From: a phage
Length of the DNA stretch: 41,360 nucleotides
Strand: one strand, 5' to 3'
Assembly: GCA_027217645.1 (NCBI GenBank)
Contig: GCA_027217645.1_4344.1
A program made the translations under genes and the position numbers. The stretch's first letter is position 1. The number at the start of each line of letters is the position of its first letter. Below the pieces are notes generated by a model. That model searched no databases, had not been told where the DNA came from, and saw only the letters and a list, made by a program, of their open reading frames with translations. Of the stretch, positions 31,468 through 40,975 are shown piece by piece.

Positions 31468-31980
31468 TTAACCCCGGTACACGTTAAACGAGAAGCCATT
31501 GTTAAGACCACCACACAGTAACGGGCGTAATGCGTCGTCCGCAGCGGTAATAGCGGTTGTGGCGCCACTGTTGCCGTTGTTGAAGTATGTCACTGTCACA
31601 GCACCCTCAACACGCTCAGTCTGCACGGAACGCCCATCTGAGTTAGCCCGAACATCAGTACCCGCACCATACGTAACCGCAGCGATTACTTGTGCCCGGA
31701 TTAACTGCGACGGGATAACATTATCCGCTACGGTGAAGCCGTTTAGTGTTGTTCCTGTACGTGGGTACGCCAGAGACTGTTCAGCGGATACGCGACGCCC
31801 GCACATCTGAGGTTCTGCAAGCCCAACATAAGTAGCACCGTTGCGCAGGGCCACCTCTGCGGCAGTATCGTCTGCCGGCAACACAAGACCGTAATTAGCC
31901 GCTAACGCGCGGGCGTCGGCCAGACTAACGTAACTGTCGGCATCAGGTACTATCGACCCATCTTCCACGATTAGCGGCAT
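31468..31980 (-). CDS. Head-tail connector/adaptor protein (DnaT-like ssDNA-binding-domain family)
   Basis: Track ORF 170 aa; N-terminus MPLIVEDGSIVPDADSYVSLADA resembles the phage adaptor family annotated as DnaT-like; position after the capsid gene. Confidence 0.45.
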   Translation of the reverse strand: MPLIVEDGSIVPDADSYVSLADARALAANYGLVLPADDTAAEVALRNGATYVGLAEPQMCGRRVSAEQSLAYPRTGTTLNGFTVADNVIPSQLIRAQVIAAVTYGAGTDVRANSDGRSVQTERVEGAVTVTYFNNGNSGATTAITAADDALRPLLCGGLNNGFSFNVYRG

Positions 31981-31983
31981 AAA

Positions 31984-32151
31984 TTATTCCTCTGATTTCG
32001 CCCGGCGCTGGCGGCGTGGTGTCTCTTCTTTAGCCGATTCTACCACGGTGCCTTCTGGTGCGAAACGAGCATCTACCACACGGAACCCCTGACGGTTATA
32101 CTCGCGCTTCTGCTCGATGGTAATTGGCATTGGTACGTATTTAATTTCCAC
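31984..32151 (-). CDS. Small hypothetical protein (55 aa), not in the ORF track
   Basis: Hand translation from GTG at 32151 (AGGAG RBS): MEIKYVPMPITIEQKREYNRQGF...; between the post-capsid terminator and the connector gene. Confidence 0.3.
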   Translation of the reverse strand: MEIKYVPMPITIEQKREYNRQGFRVVDARFAPEGTVVESAKEETPRRQRRAKSEE

Positions 32152-32167
32152 TTTAATTTCTCCTAGT

Positions 32168-32196
32168 AAAAAGGGGCCGAAGCCCCTTTGTTTTTA
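32168..32196 (-). terminator. Rho-independent terminator downstream of the major capsid gene
   Basis: Seen in sequence: GGGGC-CGAA-GCCCC hairpin with T runs on both sides. Confidence 0.6.
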
Positions 32197-32208
32197 CTAC
32201 TAACCGTG

Positions 32209-33177
32209 TTACAGGTCTGCGTCGGCGATTGCCAGAGTACCGAGGGTGTGCTTGTTCTCGGCAACAGCTTTGTCCCAGTTAGTCGCGGTGAACAGTTCTG
32301 CGTCCAGCGGAGATTTACCGCCGTTGGTAACGTCCCAGCTGTAGCCTTTCAGTTTCAGGCCGAAGCTGTAGTCCGCCTGCCAGGTGGTCTGGATGCGGGT
32401 GTTACCGTTGCTGGTGTCAATGTTGCTGATAATGTCAGAAGCATTATCAACGATGATGCCGTTCGCAACTACGGACAGGACCTTAGTCTTGTTCGGAGTA
32501 CCGGCCTCGTACAGCGCAGGAATGTCAGAGATTACGTAACGCTTGCCGAGAACATCGACAACCATAACGTTACCGGCAACGAACAGCTGGTTTGCGTTAG
32601 TCAGCGCTTTATCTACCAGCGTGTGATAAGCAGCACCAGTCATGATGTCGGTAATCAGCAGCTGAGACTGGTCGCCGAATTTAGCGTGGCTGTTGTTCAG
32701 CACGTTCAGGGACAGACCTACGGTTGCAGATACGTCGTTAACCAGTGCGACCTGACCAGATACCGCAGCAACAGCTGCGCCAACAGCGGTGTTGAGCTGG
32801 TCCGCTAACAGTGCGTCAGAGAAGCCTTCGGAAATAGCACGAATCGCGCTTGCCGGGTCTTCGTTAAGCCAAGTCATTTGCGCAGGCTCGAACAGTACCG
32901 GTCCGAAGCCGCCAGCGACTTTAACGCCTACATGCTCGCCCTGAGTCAGCGCGGTAGCTGCCTGAGACGCGATAGCGGCGTAACGGTCAACGCGGCGTTT
33001 AGCGGAGGCAATCTGGTTAAAGAAAGACTCACGGGAGAAATCACCGCGCCATGAGGCAGTAGACAGTACAATTGCGCCACCGGAGGCCGCGTTAAACTGG
33101 TCAGTTTTCTGACCAAGCAGTTCGATAGTGGTACCGACGATATCGTCGTTATAAACCTTCATATCTGACAGAGCCAT
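32209..33177 (-). CDS. Major capsid protein
   Basis: Track ORF 322 aa; follows the scaffold gene and precedes a strong terminator, the canonical scaffold-capsid arrangement. Confidence 0.75.
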   Translation of the reverse strand: MALSDMKVYNDDIVGTTIELLGQKTDQFNAASGGAIVLSTASWRGDFSRESFFNQIASAKRRVDRYAAIASQAATALTQGEHVGVKVAGGFGPVLFEPAQMTWLNEDPASAIRAISEGFSDALLADQLNTAVGAAVAAVSGQVALVNDVSATVGLSLNVLNNSHAKFGDQSQLLITDIMTGAAYHTLVDKALTNANQLFVAGNVMVVDVLGKRYVISDIPALYEAGTPNKTKVLSVVANGIIVDNASDIISNIDTSNGNTRIQTTWQADYSFGLKLKGYSWDVTNGGKSPLDAELFTATNWDKAVAENKHTLGTLAIADADL

Positions 33178-33183
33178 AATCTC

Positions 33184-33810
33184 TTATCCTCGTTTGCCGT
33201 ATTTGGCGTTAAGTTTTTGTTGAATTACGTCCGTACCACCGGCCCCGCCAGTAGAATTTTTGTTACCGGAAGCCCCGCCGCCGGTCGCTGCATCTGCTTT
33301 AATCAGATGTGAGAATGCTTTGTGCTCACGCAGATACTTTTTAAATTGCTCTGCGTCGGTGGTGATGACATTACCGTCCGCACCTGTGAACTTGGTCACA
33401 ACGTCATCGCCGTCGAATTCGGTCTTGACCATCATAGCGATGATATCCGCTGCGCTCTCATCAATCAACATTCCAGACAACTGGCTGATAACTGATTTAC
33501 GTTCTGCGCCGAGGATACGCTCAGCCATTTTGCTAATCTTACCGTCCTTCTCGGCGAGAACTGGCTCATACTGACTGCGTAACGTTTTCTCGAATGCCTC
33601 AAGTTCGCCGTTCTGTTTTGCGCGTTCCTGTTCGGCTTTCAGCTTCGCATCTGCGGCTTCTTTCGCAGCAGCGGCAGCAGCTTTCTTTTCAGACAAGAGC
33701 TTCTCGTTGTTAGCTTTAAGACCGGATACCAGCGCGTCAACTTCTTCTTTGGTAAACGTGGTCTTAGTCTCTTGTTGTTCGATAGTTTCGTCTTTCACTT
33801 CTTCGCTCAT
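33184..33810 (-). CDS. Scaffolding protein
   Basis: Track ORF 33184..33861 trimmed to the ATG at 33810 (AGGGGA RBS); acidic N-terminus, Ala/Lys/Glu-rich coiled coil. Confidence 0.6.
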   Translation of the reverse strand: MSEEVKDETIEQQETKTTFTKEEVDALVSGLKANNEKLLSEKKAAAAAAKEAADAKLKAEQERAKQNGELEAFEKTLRSQYEPVLAEKDGKISKMAERILGAERKSVISQLSGMLIDESAADIIAMMVKTEFDGDDVVTKFTGADGNVITTDAEQFKKYLREHKAFSHLIKADAATGGGASGNKNSTGGAGGTDVIQQKLNAKYGKRG

Positions 33811-33889
33811 CAGTATGTCCCCTGGACGTTGGAATCCGGGCCACCCGGATTTACATGTCAAGAATAAATTATTCCAACATACAAGGCAA

Positions 33890-34153
33890 CTATTCCAGAA
33901 TATTCCTCACGTAATCCTGCAACATGAACACTTTAAGTCTCAGTTGCCGTACACATTCTGCGTTCTGGACGTCAATAGCTAAATCCTCGTCCGCGTCGTT
34001 ACTTGGCAGTGCCAGTTTGCACGGCGGCTGCATCATCGTCGTATCCGGGGATGGAATTGGCGTTTGCGACGGCGCGGGACTTGAGCTGCACGCGCTCAGG
34101 GTCAAAAGTGCACACGCTGCGGCCAGGCGTTTTAATGTACTTAACGACTTCAC
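33890..34153 (-). CDS. Outer-membrane lipoprotein spanin (Rz1-like o-spanin)
   Basis: Track ORF 87 aa; lipobox LLTLSAC after a signal peptide; Pro-rich mature part; starts inside the Rz-like gene in another frame. Confidence 0.6.
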   Translation of the reverse strand: MKSLSTLKRLAAACALLTLSACSSSPAPSQTPIPSPDTTMMQPPCKLALPSNDADEDLAIDVQNAECVRQLRLKVFMLQDYVRNILE

Positions 34154-34385
34154 GGGTGATTACCTCTGATTTCGTCTTGCCTTCGTTATCAGCGGCGGCG
34201 GCCTTCGATTCATCCTGCTGCTGCCGTTGTGTTTTCTTAGCTAACTCAGCCTGTGCTTTCTGCTGTTGCTGCGAAACGAGATTCGCCCGGCCTCCGTTCC
34301 AGCCGCTGCGATACTGGTAGATGCCGTGTGCGTAAGCCAGGATGATGAAACATGCCCCCGCTACGACAGTTGCTTTAAGATTCAT
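33999..34385 (-). CDS. Inner-membrane spanin (Rz-like i-spanin)
   Basis: Track ORF 128 aa; N-terminal transmembrane anchor then Gln/Ala/Lys-rich coiled coil; AAGGGG RBS; overlaps the o-spanin gene. Confidence 0.6.
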   Translation of the reverse strand: MNLKATVVAGACFIILAYAHGIYQYRSGWNGGRANLVSQQQQKAQAELAKKTQRQQQDESKAAAADNEGKTKSEVITREVVKYIKTPGRSVCTFDPERVQLKSRAVANANSIPGYDDDAAAVQTGTAK

Positions 34386-34561
34386 GTTTCCCCTTTCTCG
34401 ATAAGTAAAGCCCCGCCTTAAAGCGGGGCGCTAGACCTTATCATTTAAACATAGAAACGGCGTAATCTCAGTAAACCAGTTACTTTTTACACAAGCAATA
34501 GAGTATGGCCCTTCCGAACGCGTCAGCGTAACTACACTCAGGACTTACGTCCCGCTCCGTT

Positions 34562-34643
34562 ACCTGCCCGCGCCGCGGTCGCTTGTTCATACTTCACAAG
34601 CTCAGGTGGAGCTTAGCACATTTTTGGTGAAAAGTCAACTATT
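34562..34643 (+). repeat. Copy B of the ~80 bp dispersed non-coding element (copy A at 3962-4042)
   Basis: Seen in sequence: identical 38 bp core at 34569-34606; the second hairpin differs from copy A by apparently compensatory substitutions. Confidence 0.8.
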
Positions 34644-34704
34644 CGAATAGTTTATTCCAACATTTACAATTGAGTGGAATAACTGGAATAATCACAGGCA
34701 CTAA

Positions 34705-34724
34705 AAAGCCCCTTTCGGGGCTTC
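34705..34724 (-). terminator. Rho-independent terminator
   Basis: Seen in sequence: AGCCCC-TTTC-GGGGCT hairpin followed on the minus strand by UUUUU; the same hairpin recurs at 36276-36291. Confidence 0.55.
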
Positions 34725-34727
34725 AGT

Positions 34728-35189
34728 TTATTCTGGCTTAGTAACCTTCGCTGCTTTACTTACGGCCTCTATACCATCGGCATCAGTGACTTTAACGAAG
34801 TATTCACCAACTGCGTTAACCGTCAGAGACAGAGCCTCTTCCGGGGCGTTTACCACTTCCTTCCCGTCTTTGTACCAGGTCAGCGCATATGGTGCTTTGC
34901 CCGCCTTAACTTCGACAGCGATATTTGCGCTGCCGTCTGCCAGTTCAGCGTCCTGCGGTTGTACGGAGAAATACACATCACCGGCATCCGCCAGGTACTG
35001 AATCTCATAAAGCATACCTGCCGCTGGCAGCGCAATACCGGTCTTGTCCGCAAACGGCATATCGTCCACTGGTGTTCCGAGTACACTTTCGTCTTCAATA
35101 AACACCACGTTCTCGCCAGAGCCAGACACGCGGGCGTACTGGACTACGCGGCGTGACGGTACGTCAGTTACTTTGAAAAAGCCCATCAT
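34728..35189 (-). CDS. Hypothetical virion-associated protein
   Basis: Track ORF 153 aa; strong AAGGGG RBS; start overlaps the head-morphogenesis stop; C-terminal half looks like a small beta domain. Confidence 0.4.
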   Translation of the reverse strand: MMGFFKVTDVPSRRVVQYARVSGSGENVVFIEDESVLGTPVDDMPFADKTGIALPAAGMLYEIQYLADAGDVYFSVQPQDAELADGSANIAVEVKAGKAPYALTWYKDGKEVVNAPEEALSLTVNAVGEYFVKVTDADGIEAVSKAAKVTKPE

Positions 35190-36265
35190 TATTCCCCTTT
35201 CAGATAATCAGCAACACGTTTATCGAGTTCCGCCATCTGCTTAAGCGTGAGCGGATTCCCGAAACCATCTACAGATATTACGCGAAACTCTTCCGGCGAT
35301 ATACCGCTGTTACGGAAAATCTTACCTCGCACCGGGCCGAGCGCCTGGTCCTGAAACCACGCCGGTTGTTGTTTAAGGAACTCGTAGTAAGTGGTGTCTA
35401 CGCTTACCTGAGTGCCACCTTCCGCGCCTTTAGCCGCGCGTTTTGCGCCTTTATCGAGGAAGTCGAACTCGGAACTGATTACCGGAGCCGTGCACGACCG
35501 GCAGTTCGGATGGGCAGGGGGCATCGGCCCCTTACCAATTTCCCACGTCATCCCGTCTCTGACCCTGCAAATCGTACTGGTGCGGCTGTCAAGCGTTGAC
35601 ACCCACTCGTACTTCTCTATGATGTCGTCGTTCTGGCGGTACGTCTCGTTACGGGCTTCGTTGGACACGTGAGACAGCGCGGTGCGGATGACGGTAGCGG
35701 CGTTACGCTCAGAGATGTCAGCCAGCCCACCGGCGCCTACTACATTCTTAACAATCTGCCGTGTTGTTTGACCTTGTACAAAGCCCATCTTAACGCCGGT
35801 TACAAGACGTGCTACTTCCGTTTCACCCCAACCTGACATCAGTTTAGTGAAATCAACTGGCTTGCCACTCAATGATAATGGCTGAAACTCAGCAGCGGCC
35901 CACACCTGTTCGGCGGTTGGCGTAACAAATTCCGCATCTACGTTGGCGGTCAGGGTCTTTACGTTCCACTCAGCTTCATACACCGCCAGTTCCTTGAGGT
36001 CTTCTGCCAGCTTTGTTTGCCAGTCACCAGTAAGTCCTGTCAGTACTTCTTCAAGGTCACGTAACAGTTTATTCAGTCGCGCAGTGCTGCGACCGTCGTC
36101 GCCGAATAGCAGCACCTGCCGTTTGATTTCGTCCCGCATCCCCTTAACGAACGGCGCGAGGTCTTTCACCTCACCGGATGCGGTGCGTTGCAGCCATATT
36201 TGGTGGCTGATTAGTGATGTAAGTAAGCTCATAGATAAACCCTGTGGCGCTAAAGTTAATAGCAT
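35189..36265 (-). CDS. Head morphogenesis / minor capsid protein (SPP1 gp7-like, Mu F-like)
   Basis: Track ORF 358 aa; directly downstream of portal; true start could be the internal ATG at 36232. Confidence 0.65.
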   Translation of the reverse strand: MLLTLAPQGLSMSLLTSLISHQIWLQRTASGEVKDLAPFVKGMRDEIKRQVLLFGDDGRSTARLNKLLRDLEEVLTGLTGDWQTKLAEDLKELAVYEAEWNVKTLTANVDAEFVTPTAEQVWAAAEFQPLSLSGKPVDFTKLMSGWGETEVARLVTGVKMGFVQGQTTRQIVKNVVGAGGLADISERNAATVIRTALSHVSNEARNETYRQNDDIIEKYEWVSTLDSRTSTICRVRDGMTWEIGKGPMPPAHPNCRSCTAPVISSEFDFLDKGAKRAAKGAEGGTQVSVDTTYYEFLKQQPAWFQDQALGPVRGKIFRNSGISPEEFRVISVDGFGNPLTLKQMAELDKRVADYLKGE

Positions 36266-36301
36266 ACTATAAGAAAGCCCCTTTCGGGGCTATATGTGAA
36301 C

Positions 36302-37795
36302 TTACTGCTGGGTGGGGTCTTTTTGCTGCGCCGACTGCGGAATCTCCCCAGCCACCTGAGCAACAGCACCTAATGGCAGAGGCGCATCCTCGATAGCGTT
36401 CTGAATGTCCTCGTCTGTCCAGTCAGTTACCCCCGCCTTACGCAACGCAGCATAGTAAGCGGTAGCCGGTAACAGGCCCGCGTTAATATCCGCCATCCAC
36501 TGAGCGCGGTCCTGGGCGGTCATTGGTTGCAGGAAGAACTCCATGTTCAGTTTGAACTCAATTTCAGTGCCGTCGCTAAGCCCAAGCATACCAGCAACCC
36601 ACTTCAGCGCATCGGTATACGCCATGCTTACGTTACGTGCGATTGTTGCCATGACGGACGTATCAGCGCCGCGTTGCAGGCGTGCCGATTCCGCGGTGAT
36701 TTGCTGCGTCGGGGTAATAAGCTGTGCACCAATCTGGATTGCCTGGTTCTCTTTATCCAACATGTTCTGCTTGGCTAGGTTGTTCTCACCGGCCTGGACC
36801 AGAAACGCATTGCCGCCGTAACCGATGTTATGGCCGGAACGTGACCCCATACGCACTCCGTGAGGGTTGGCTTCTTTCCATTGTCCCATGCTCATGTTCT
36901 CACCGGGGGCGATGAACAGAGTAGGCTGGCCTACGACGAAGCTGGACTCCTCATTGTCCGCGCTGTTGCGGAAGTGCCCGATATTAAGTTCAGCCAACGG
37001 CAGCAAAGGTGCATCGTCAGGGGTTGAGTCGTTATTCCCTGCACCAATGAATGTGAACGGAATCACCCCGACCGGAATATTACCGAGTTTCGGGAATATT
37101 TCGATATAGCCACCTTCCATCAGTGCACCTTTCTGGTTAAAGCGGTACAGACGCTGGCGATACTGGCCTTCGAAAATATCAAGGACGCGGTATTGCTCGC
37201 CGTAGTTGGGGCTGAACTCATCCGCGCCATCGGTGTACTCGTATTCCTCACGCAATACAACCATAACCACACGATTAACAGACCCGACGCGCTGGAGACG
37301 CCAGTTGATGATATTCTCTGCGGTGTAGAAAGCGATTGTTGGGTTTAGTAAACCCTCGTTTTGCTCTGCCATGGTAGCTACTTCTACCGCGGGGGCGTCA
37401 ACCAGCAAACCACCGCGACCAACAGCATCAATCTCATACAGAGTATCCTGTGCGTGCTGCCACAGGCCAACGCCCGACCCGTCACAGTTAGTGGTCAGGT
37501 ATTCCATCTGAGACGGAATAATCATCTCGGGGTCTTTGCGCATTACGCTGCCGACCATGCCTGAAAGCGTTCGCTTGGTGAAGTTGTAGCAAATTGCCCC
37601 CGCTTCGTATTCAGCCTGACGCTGGCGACCGTAAACCGGGTCCGGCTCGTTCTTACTGACGTCACGTAGATACGATGTCAGGTCGCCAGAAAGCGCATGT
37701 CGCACCTTCTGCCACTTAGGGAAATACTCTTCGTACTGGCGGTGGCGGGTTTTAACGTTCTGCCCTTGCCCTGCGTTAATGTTTGCGGAAACCAT
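36302..37795 (-). CDS. Portal protein
   Basis: Track ORF 497 aa; size and position immediately downstream of TerL. Confidence 0.75.
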   Translation of the reverse strand: MVSANINAGQGQNVKTRHRQYEEYFPKWQKVRHALSGDLTSYLRDVSKNEPDPVYGRQRQAEYEAGAICYNFTKRTLSGMVGSVMRKDPEMIIPSQMEYLTTNCDGSGVGLWQHAQDTLYEIDAVGRGGLLVDAPAVEVATMAEQNEGLLNPTIAFYTAENIINWRLQRVGSVNRVVMVVLREEYEYTDGADEFSPNYGEQYRVLDIFEGQYRQRLYRFNQKGALMEGGYIEIFPKLGNIPVGVIPFTFIGAGNNDSTPDDAPLLPLAELNIGHFRNSADNEESSFVVGQPTLFIAPGENMSMGQWKEANPHGVRMGSRSGHNIGYGGNAFLVQAGENNLAKQNMLDKENQAIQIGAQLITPTQQITAESARLQRGADTSVMATIARNVSMAYTDALKWVAGMLGLSDGTEIEFKLNMEFFLQPMTAQDRAQWMADINAGLLPATAYYAALRKAGVTDWTDEDIQNAIEDAPLPLGAVAQVAGEIPQSAQQKDPTQQ

Positions 37796-37806
37796 TTGTT
37801 GTCCTC

Positions 37807-39057
37807 TTAAAGTGCGAAAGTCACCGGGATGTTGATTACTGGTTTAACCACCGGCATCTCGTAAACTACAGGATAGCCGAGAGCATCCGCCATATGGTCA
37901 ATGATGCCGTCTTTAGCTGGCTCTCCGTTATCATCGTATGCCTGCTGCTCCAGCGTCTTCGCTATCTCGGGGCATAAGTGGTCATTAACCCACAGCTTAC
38001 CTTTTTCCAGTGCGGTATTCACGGCTAAAACACGGTCTTTAACCGGAGGGTTGGCGGATTTAGCGCGAACATCGAAACCGGCCTGCTGGAGTAACGCAAT
38101 ATCTGAGATTGACGCCGAGTTGGTCTTGCGGTTCTTGCCGCTGGCGTCCGGGTAAACGACTATGCGGTGGCCCTGCGACTTCCACTTCTCAGTAATTACA
38201 CGCACGGTGTCCGGCGTATCAAACAGACCTTTCAGTTCTGCCACCGCGTGCCAGCCGTCTTTACGTTGCACATACACGGCGCTGGCGTTCTTCGTAACGT
38301 TGAAGTCCTGCCCGATGTACAGTGTATCGCCCGGTTGAATTGTCTCTTTGCTGCGGTGCTTGCGACGGTCATACGCATAATACACGCTGCCGGATGTCAG
38401 GTTAACGAACTCACCGTTCAGGTACGCGTTAATCAGTTGCGCGGGGTAAGTCTCGGTCAGTGAGCTAATGTAGTCAGGCGGCAGGAATCGCGCGTTCTCG
38501 TGTGTAGAAGCCTGCACCATCGAGTAACTCGGCGTCGGGTTCTCTTTGAACTTGGCGTAGACGAACTTGAACCCTTCCGGTGTCGTGGTGACAGAGATGT
38601 GGTTAGTTACGCCGGGGATAACCAGACGCATACGGGCGACTATTTTGTTCCACGCCAGCTCAGCTTTCTCACGGCTCAATACATCAAGCTCATCCACGAC
38701 CGCAGCAGCGATTTTGAAGCCGACTATCGAGCCTGGGTTATCCATAGAACGGCAGATAACTGTACCGAGCACCGTCTTACCGCGAGTAACCACGACTTCT
38801 TTGTCGCCAGATTTAACCAGCACATCGAGGCCGAGCAGGTTAGCGGCTTCCTCAAATGTCGGGTAGAAGATGTCACGGATAGCCGGGTATGTCGGGCCGA
38901 AGTAACCCAGGCGCGTACCTGGATGCTTGAGCATAAACGTAAGCAGGTCAAGGCAGCCAACAAATGTCTTTCCGCTGCCGAAGCCGCCGACATAGGCTTT
39001 GTATTTGTTATCGCAATTCAGGAACAGTGCCTGCGGTGCGGATAGCTGAATACTCAT
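37807..39057 (-). CDS. Terminase large subunit
   Basis: Track ORF 416 aa; Walker A GGFGSGKT near N-terminus; start overlaps TerS stop. Confidence 0.85.
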   Translation of the reverse strand: MSIQLSAPQALFLNCDNKYKAYVGGFGSGKTFVGCLDLLTFMLKHPGTRLGYFGPTYPAIRDIFYPTFEEAANLLGLDVLVKSGDKEVVVTRGKTVLGTVICRSMDNPGSIVGFKIAAAVVDELDVLSREKAELAWNKIVARMRLVIPGVTNHISVTTTPEGFKFVYAKFKENPTPSYSMVQASTHENARFLPPDYISSLTETYPAQLINAYLNGEFVNLTSGSVYYAYDRRKHRSKETIQPGDTLYIGQDFNVTKNASAVYVQRKDGWHAVAELKGLFDTPDTVRVITEKWKSQGHRIVVYPDASGKNRKTNSASISDIALLQQAGFDVRAKSANPPVKDRVLAVNTALEKGKLWVNDHLCPEIAKTLEQQAYDDNGEPAKDGIIDHMADALGYPVVYEMPVVKPVINIPVTFAL

Positions 39058-39599
39058 TCCTCTACCTCACCCATATTCGTTGTTACAATTTTACCTACAG
39101 GCTCTGCAACACTAAAAATAATCTCAGTCGGTGCCGTTTCTTCGGTGGATTCGACTGGTTTCTCTTTACCGAGGCCCAGTTTAGCTGCGGCGAACGTAGC
39201 AGAGATGCCCGCGGCCCCTGTCTCAGTGAAATATGCCTCTTCCAGCGCCTGTGCTGTTTCATAGGCTTCTGCAAATGCGGGAATCTCACGCAGCCACAGC
39301 TTAATAATCGGGATAGTTACGCCGATGTGTGAGGCGAAGCGGGCCAGTGACGGCGGTTTATCCTGAATCAGCGGACGTTCGTCACCCTTGGACGTAGGCA
39401 CAAGTTCCCACGACGTACGGTCGAAGAACTCGATTAACGCGTCGCAATAGTCCGGGTCCCACAACGCGGCGGAATTACGGGACGATTGATAAAGGCTCTG
39501 TTTCCCACGCGGTCGTTTACGGCGACGGTTTGCGCTAACAGCTTCTTCATGTGCAGCTTGCACCACCTCTGGCGATGGCTGCTTAAGTTTCAGCTTCAT
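39054..39599 (-). CDS. Terminase small subunit candidate
   Basis: Track ORF 39054..39638 trimmed to the ATG at 39599 (AAGGGGA RBS); basic N-terminal region; immediately upstream of TerL. Confidence 0.5.
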   Translation of the reverse strand: MKLKLKQPSPEVVQAAHEEAVSANRRRKRPRGKQSLYQSSRNSAALWDPDYCDALIEFFDRTSWELVPTSKGDERPLIQDKPPSLARFASHIGVTIPIIKLWLREIPAFAEAYETAQALEEAYFTETGAAGISATFAAAKLGLGKEKPVESTEETAPTEIIFSVAEPVGKIVTTNMGEVEE

Positions 39600-39690
39600 A
39601 TAATCCCCTTGCATATGCGTCTGACCATCAGAGCGCACCAGACGCGCCCTACGCGTCTAAAGGGATTATATAGGGTGATTGGGCAGGATG

Positions 39691-39717
39691 TACAGAAAAG
39701 CCCTCGGTAGAGGGCTT
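39691..39717 (-). terminator. Candidate terminator between the small-gene cluster and the packaging genes
   Basis: Seen in sequence: AAGCCCTC-GGTA-GAGGGCTT hairpin (39698-39717) followed on the minus strand by UUUUCUGU. Confidence 0.45.
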
Positions 39718-39818
39718 GTATCAGTTGTATAGGCCGTGGCGTGGTGCTCTTTTACCGTCGCCGCCGTAATGGTCGTTAGCTACTGGAATGGCCCAGGTGT
39801 TAGGGATGATTAGTAGTC

Positions 39819-39977
39819 TCATTTGAAGAAACCATCCTTGACAAGCTGACGGTATAGTTTAGCTGCGTAACGCTCTGCCTGGCCTTTGCGCCGAAATATT
39901 TTCCCATTAACTGAATACTTATTTAACTCTGGCTCGTACCAAACTTGGTTGTCGATGAACTCCAGAATACTAATCAT
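39819..39977 (-). CDS. Small hypothetical protein (52 aa), not in the ORF track
   Basis: Hand translation MISILEFIDNQVWYEPELNKYS...; GAGGGGAG RBS; ATGA overlap with the upstream gene stop. Confidence 0.3.
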   Translation of the reverse strand: MISILEFIDNQVWYEPELNKYSVNGKIFRRKGQAERYAAKLYRQLVKDGFFK

Positions 39978-40210
39978 TCCCCACTCCCCTCTTTAGCAAT
40001 ACGTTGCTCTGTTTTAGTAATACCCCGGCGCGTGAATAACACCGGGCTTGTCTTAACGTGCGTCATCAGACGATTGTTATAAATTACGTGGCGCTCGCAA
40101 TCGACGTCTTTGCTGTACTTCGCAATCGTCATTTCGTTGATGCCGGTTTGTCGGCATGTCTCGGCCATCGTGCCAAATTCTTTAATCAGGTTCGGAATGC
40201 TGGTAATCAT
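39974..40210 (-). CDS. Small HTH-containing protein
   Basis: Track ORF 39974..40234 with start at the ATG at 40210, which overlaps the upstream stop; ETCRQTGINEMTIAKY looks like an HTH. Confidence 0.45.
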   Translation of the reverse strand: MITSIPNLIKEFGTMAETCRQTGINEMTIAKYSKDVDCERHVIYNNRLMTHVKTSPVLFTRRGITKTEQRIAKEGSGE

Positions 40211-40377
40211 CCTAAAAAATTCCTCGTTGTCCACATCGCATTCGGATATTTATTATCACGGTCCTGTACCACAGCAATCATGTTTCCGCGTTGCACCAGG
40301 CAGAAGTGCCGTTGTTGTTCACCGTTGTAGCGACGCCAGATTGCTTCTTCGATTGCCGTGTTAATGTCACTGAACAT
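40207..40377 (-). CDS. Small hypothetical protein (56 aa), not in the ORF track
   Basis: Hand translation MFSDINTAIEEAIWRRYNGEQQRHF...; starts 2 nt after the upstream stop; its stop overlaps the next ATG. Confidence 0.3.
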   Translation of the reverse strand: MFSDINTAIEEAIWRRYNGEQQRHFCLVQRGNMIAVVQDRDNKYPNAMWTTRNFLG

Positions 40378-40379
40378 AC

Positions 40380-40562
40380 TTACCCCACTATCTCATCGCC
40401 AAGCCACGCCGTTTCTCGTATATCGTCGACCACACAGGCGGCGTGCTCACGGCTAATTGCAAAAATGTAGAAGCTGAACTTCTTCCCGTCGGCGTCGATG
40501 TGGTTAACCGAGTATGGTTTCCACAGGACGCCATCGATAACTACGGGTTCAGGCGCTTTCAT
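40380..40562 (-). CDS. Hypothetical protein
   Basis: Track ORF 60 aa within the coupled small-gene chain. Confidence 0.4.
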   Translation of the reverse strand: MKAPEPVVIDGVLWKPYSVNHIDADGKKFSFYIFAISREHAACVVDDIRETAWLGDEIVG

Positions 40563-40797
40563 ACGCTTTACCGCATTTTAAGCATGTGACTCGATGCTCC
40601 CCATCAACTAAATGCAGGCGGTAATCATGCTCGCAGGCGTTCATCTTTTCCTCTTCTCCTCTCAACAACATGAGAAGAACCTTAAATGCGGCTAACTGGT
40701 ACTCACCGTTAATCGACAGTTGCCCGCCTAACGTCTGTTTCTCTGACTCGAGCACCATAATACGGCGTTCGAGTGATGCGATTGTGATTTTAGGCAT
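40549..40797 (-). CDS. Small protein with C-terminal zinc-ribbon-like motif
   Basis: Track ORF 40549..40806 with start at the ATG at 40797 (AAGGGTG RBS); C-terminal CEHDY...CLKCG. Confidence 0.4.
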   Translation of the reverse strand: MPKITIASLERRIMVLESEKQTLGGQLSINGEYQLAAFKVLLMLLRGEEEKMNACEHDYRLHLVDGEHRVTCLKCGKAYESA

Positions 40798-40975
40798 TGG
40801 TATCACCCTTGTTCAGGTTGAAGCGGTTAATCAGTTCACGGCGTGTCTCGTAAAGCGACTCAACCATCTGCTCAGCTACTGCGATTTTAGTATTCAGGAC
40901 GTGCATCACGTGACCGATGTCTACGCCGCCGTTAACAGCCTCTACCATCATCTTTTCGTATTCACGGTCAGTCAT
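40790..40975 (-). CDS. Hypothetical protein
   Basis: Track ORF 61 aa; start overlaps upstream stop. Confidence 0.4.
   Translation of the reverse strand: MTDREYEKMMVEAVNGGVDIGHVMHVLNTKIAVAEQMVESLYETRRELINRFNLNKGDTNA

Noticed and set aside
36527-37109. Plus-strand track ORFs inside the portal gene
   Set aside because: Antisense to portal; no RBS or motifs.
39600-39638. Track N-terminal extension of the terminase small subunit
   Set aside because: The upstream start codons lack an RBS and the segment overlaps leader inverted repeats; the ATG at 39599 has an AAGGGGA RBS.
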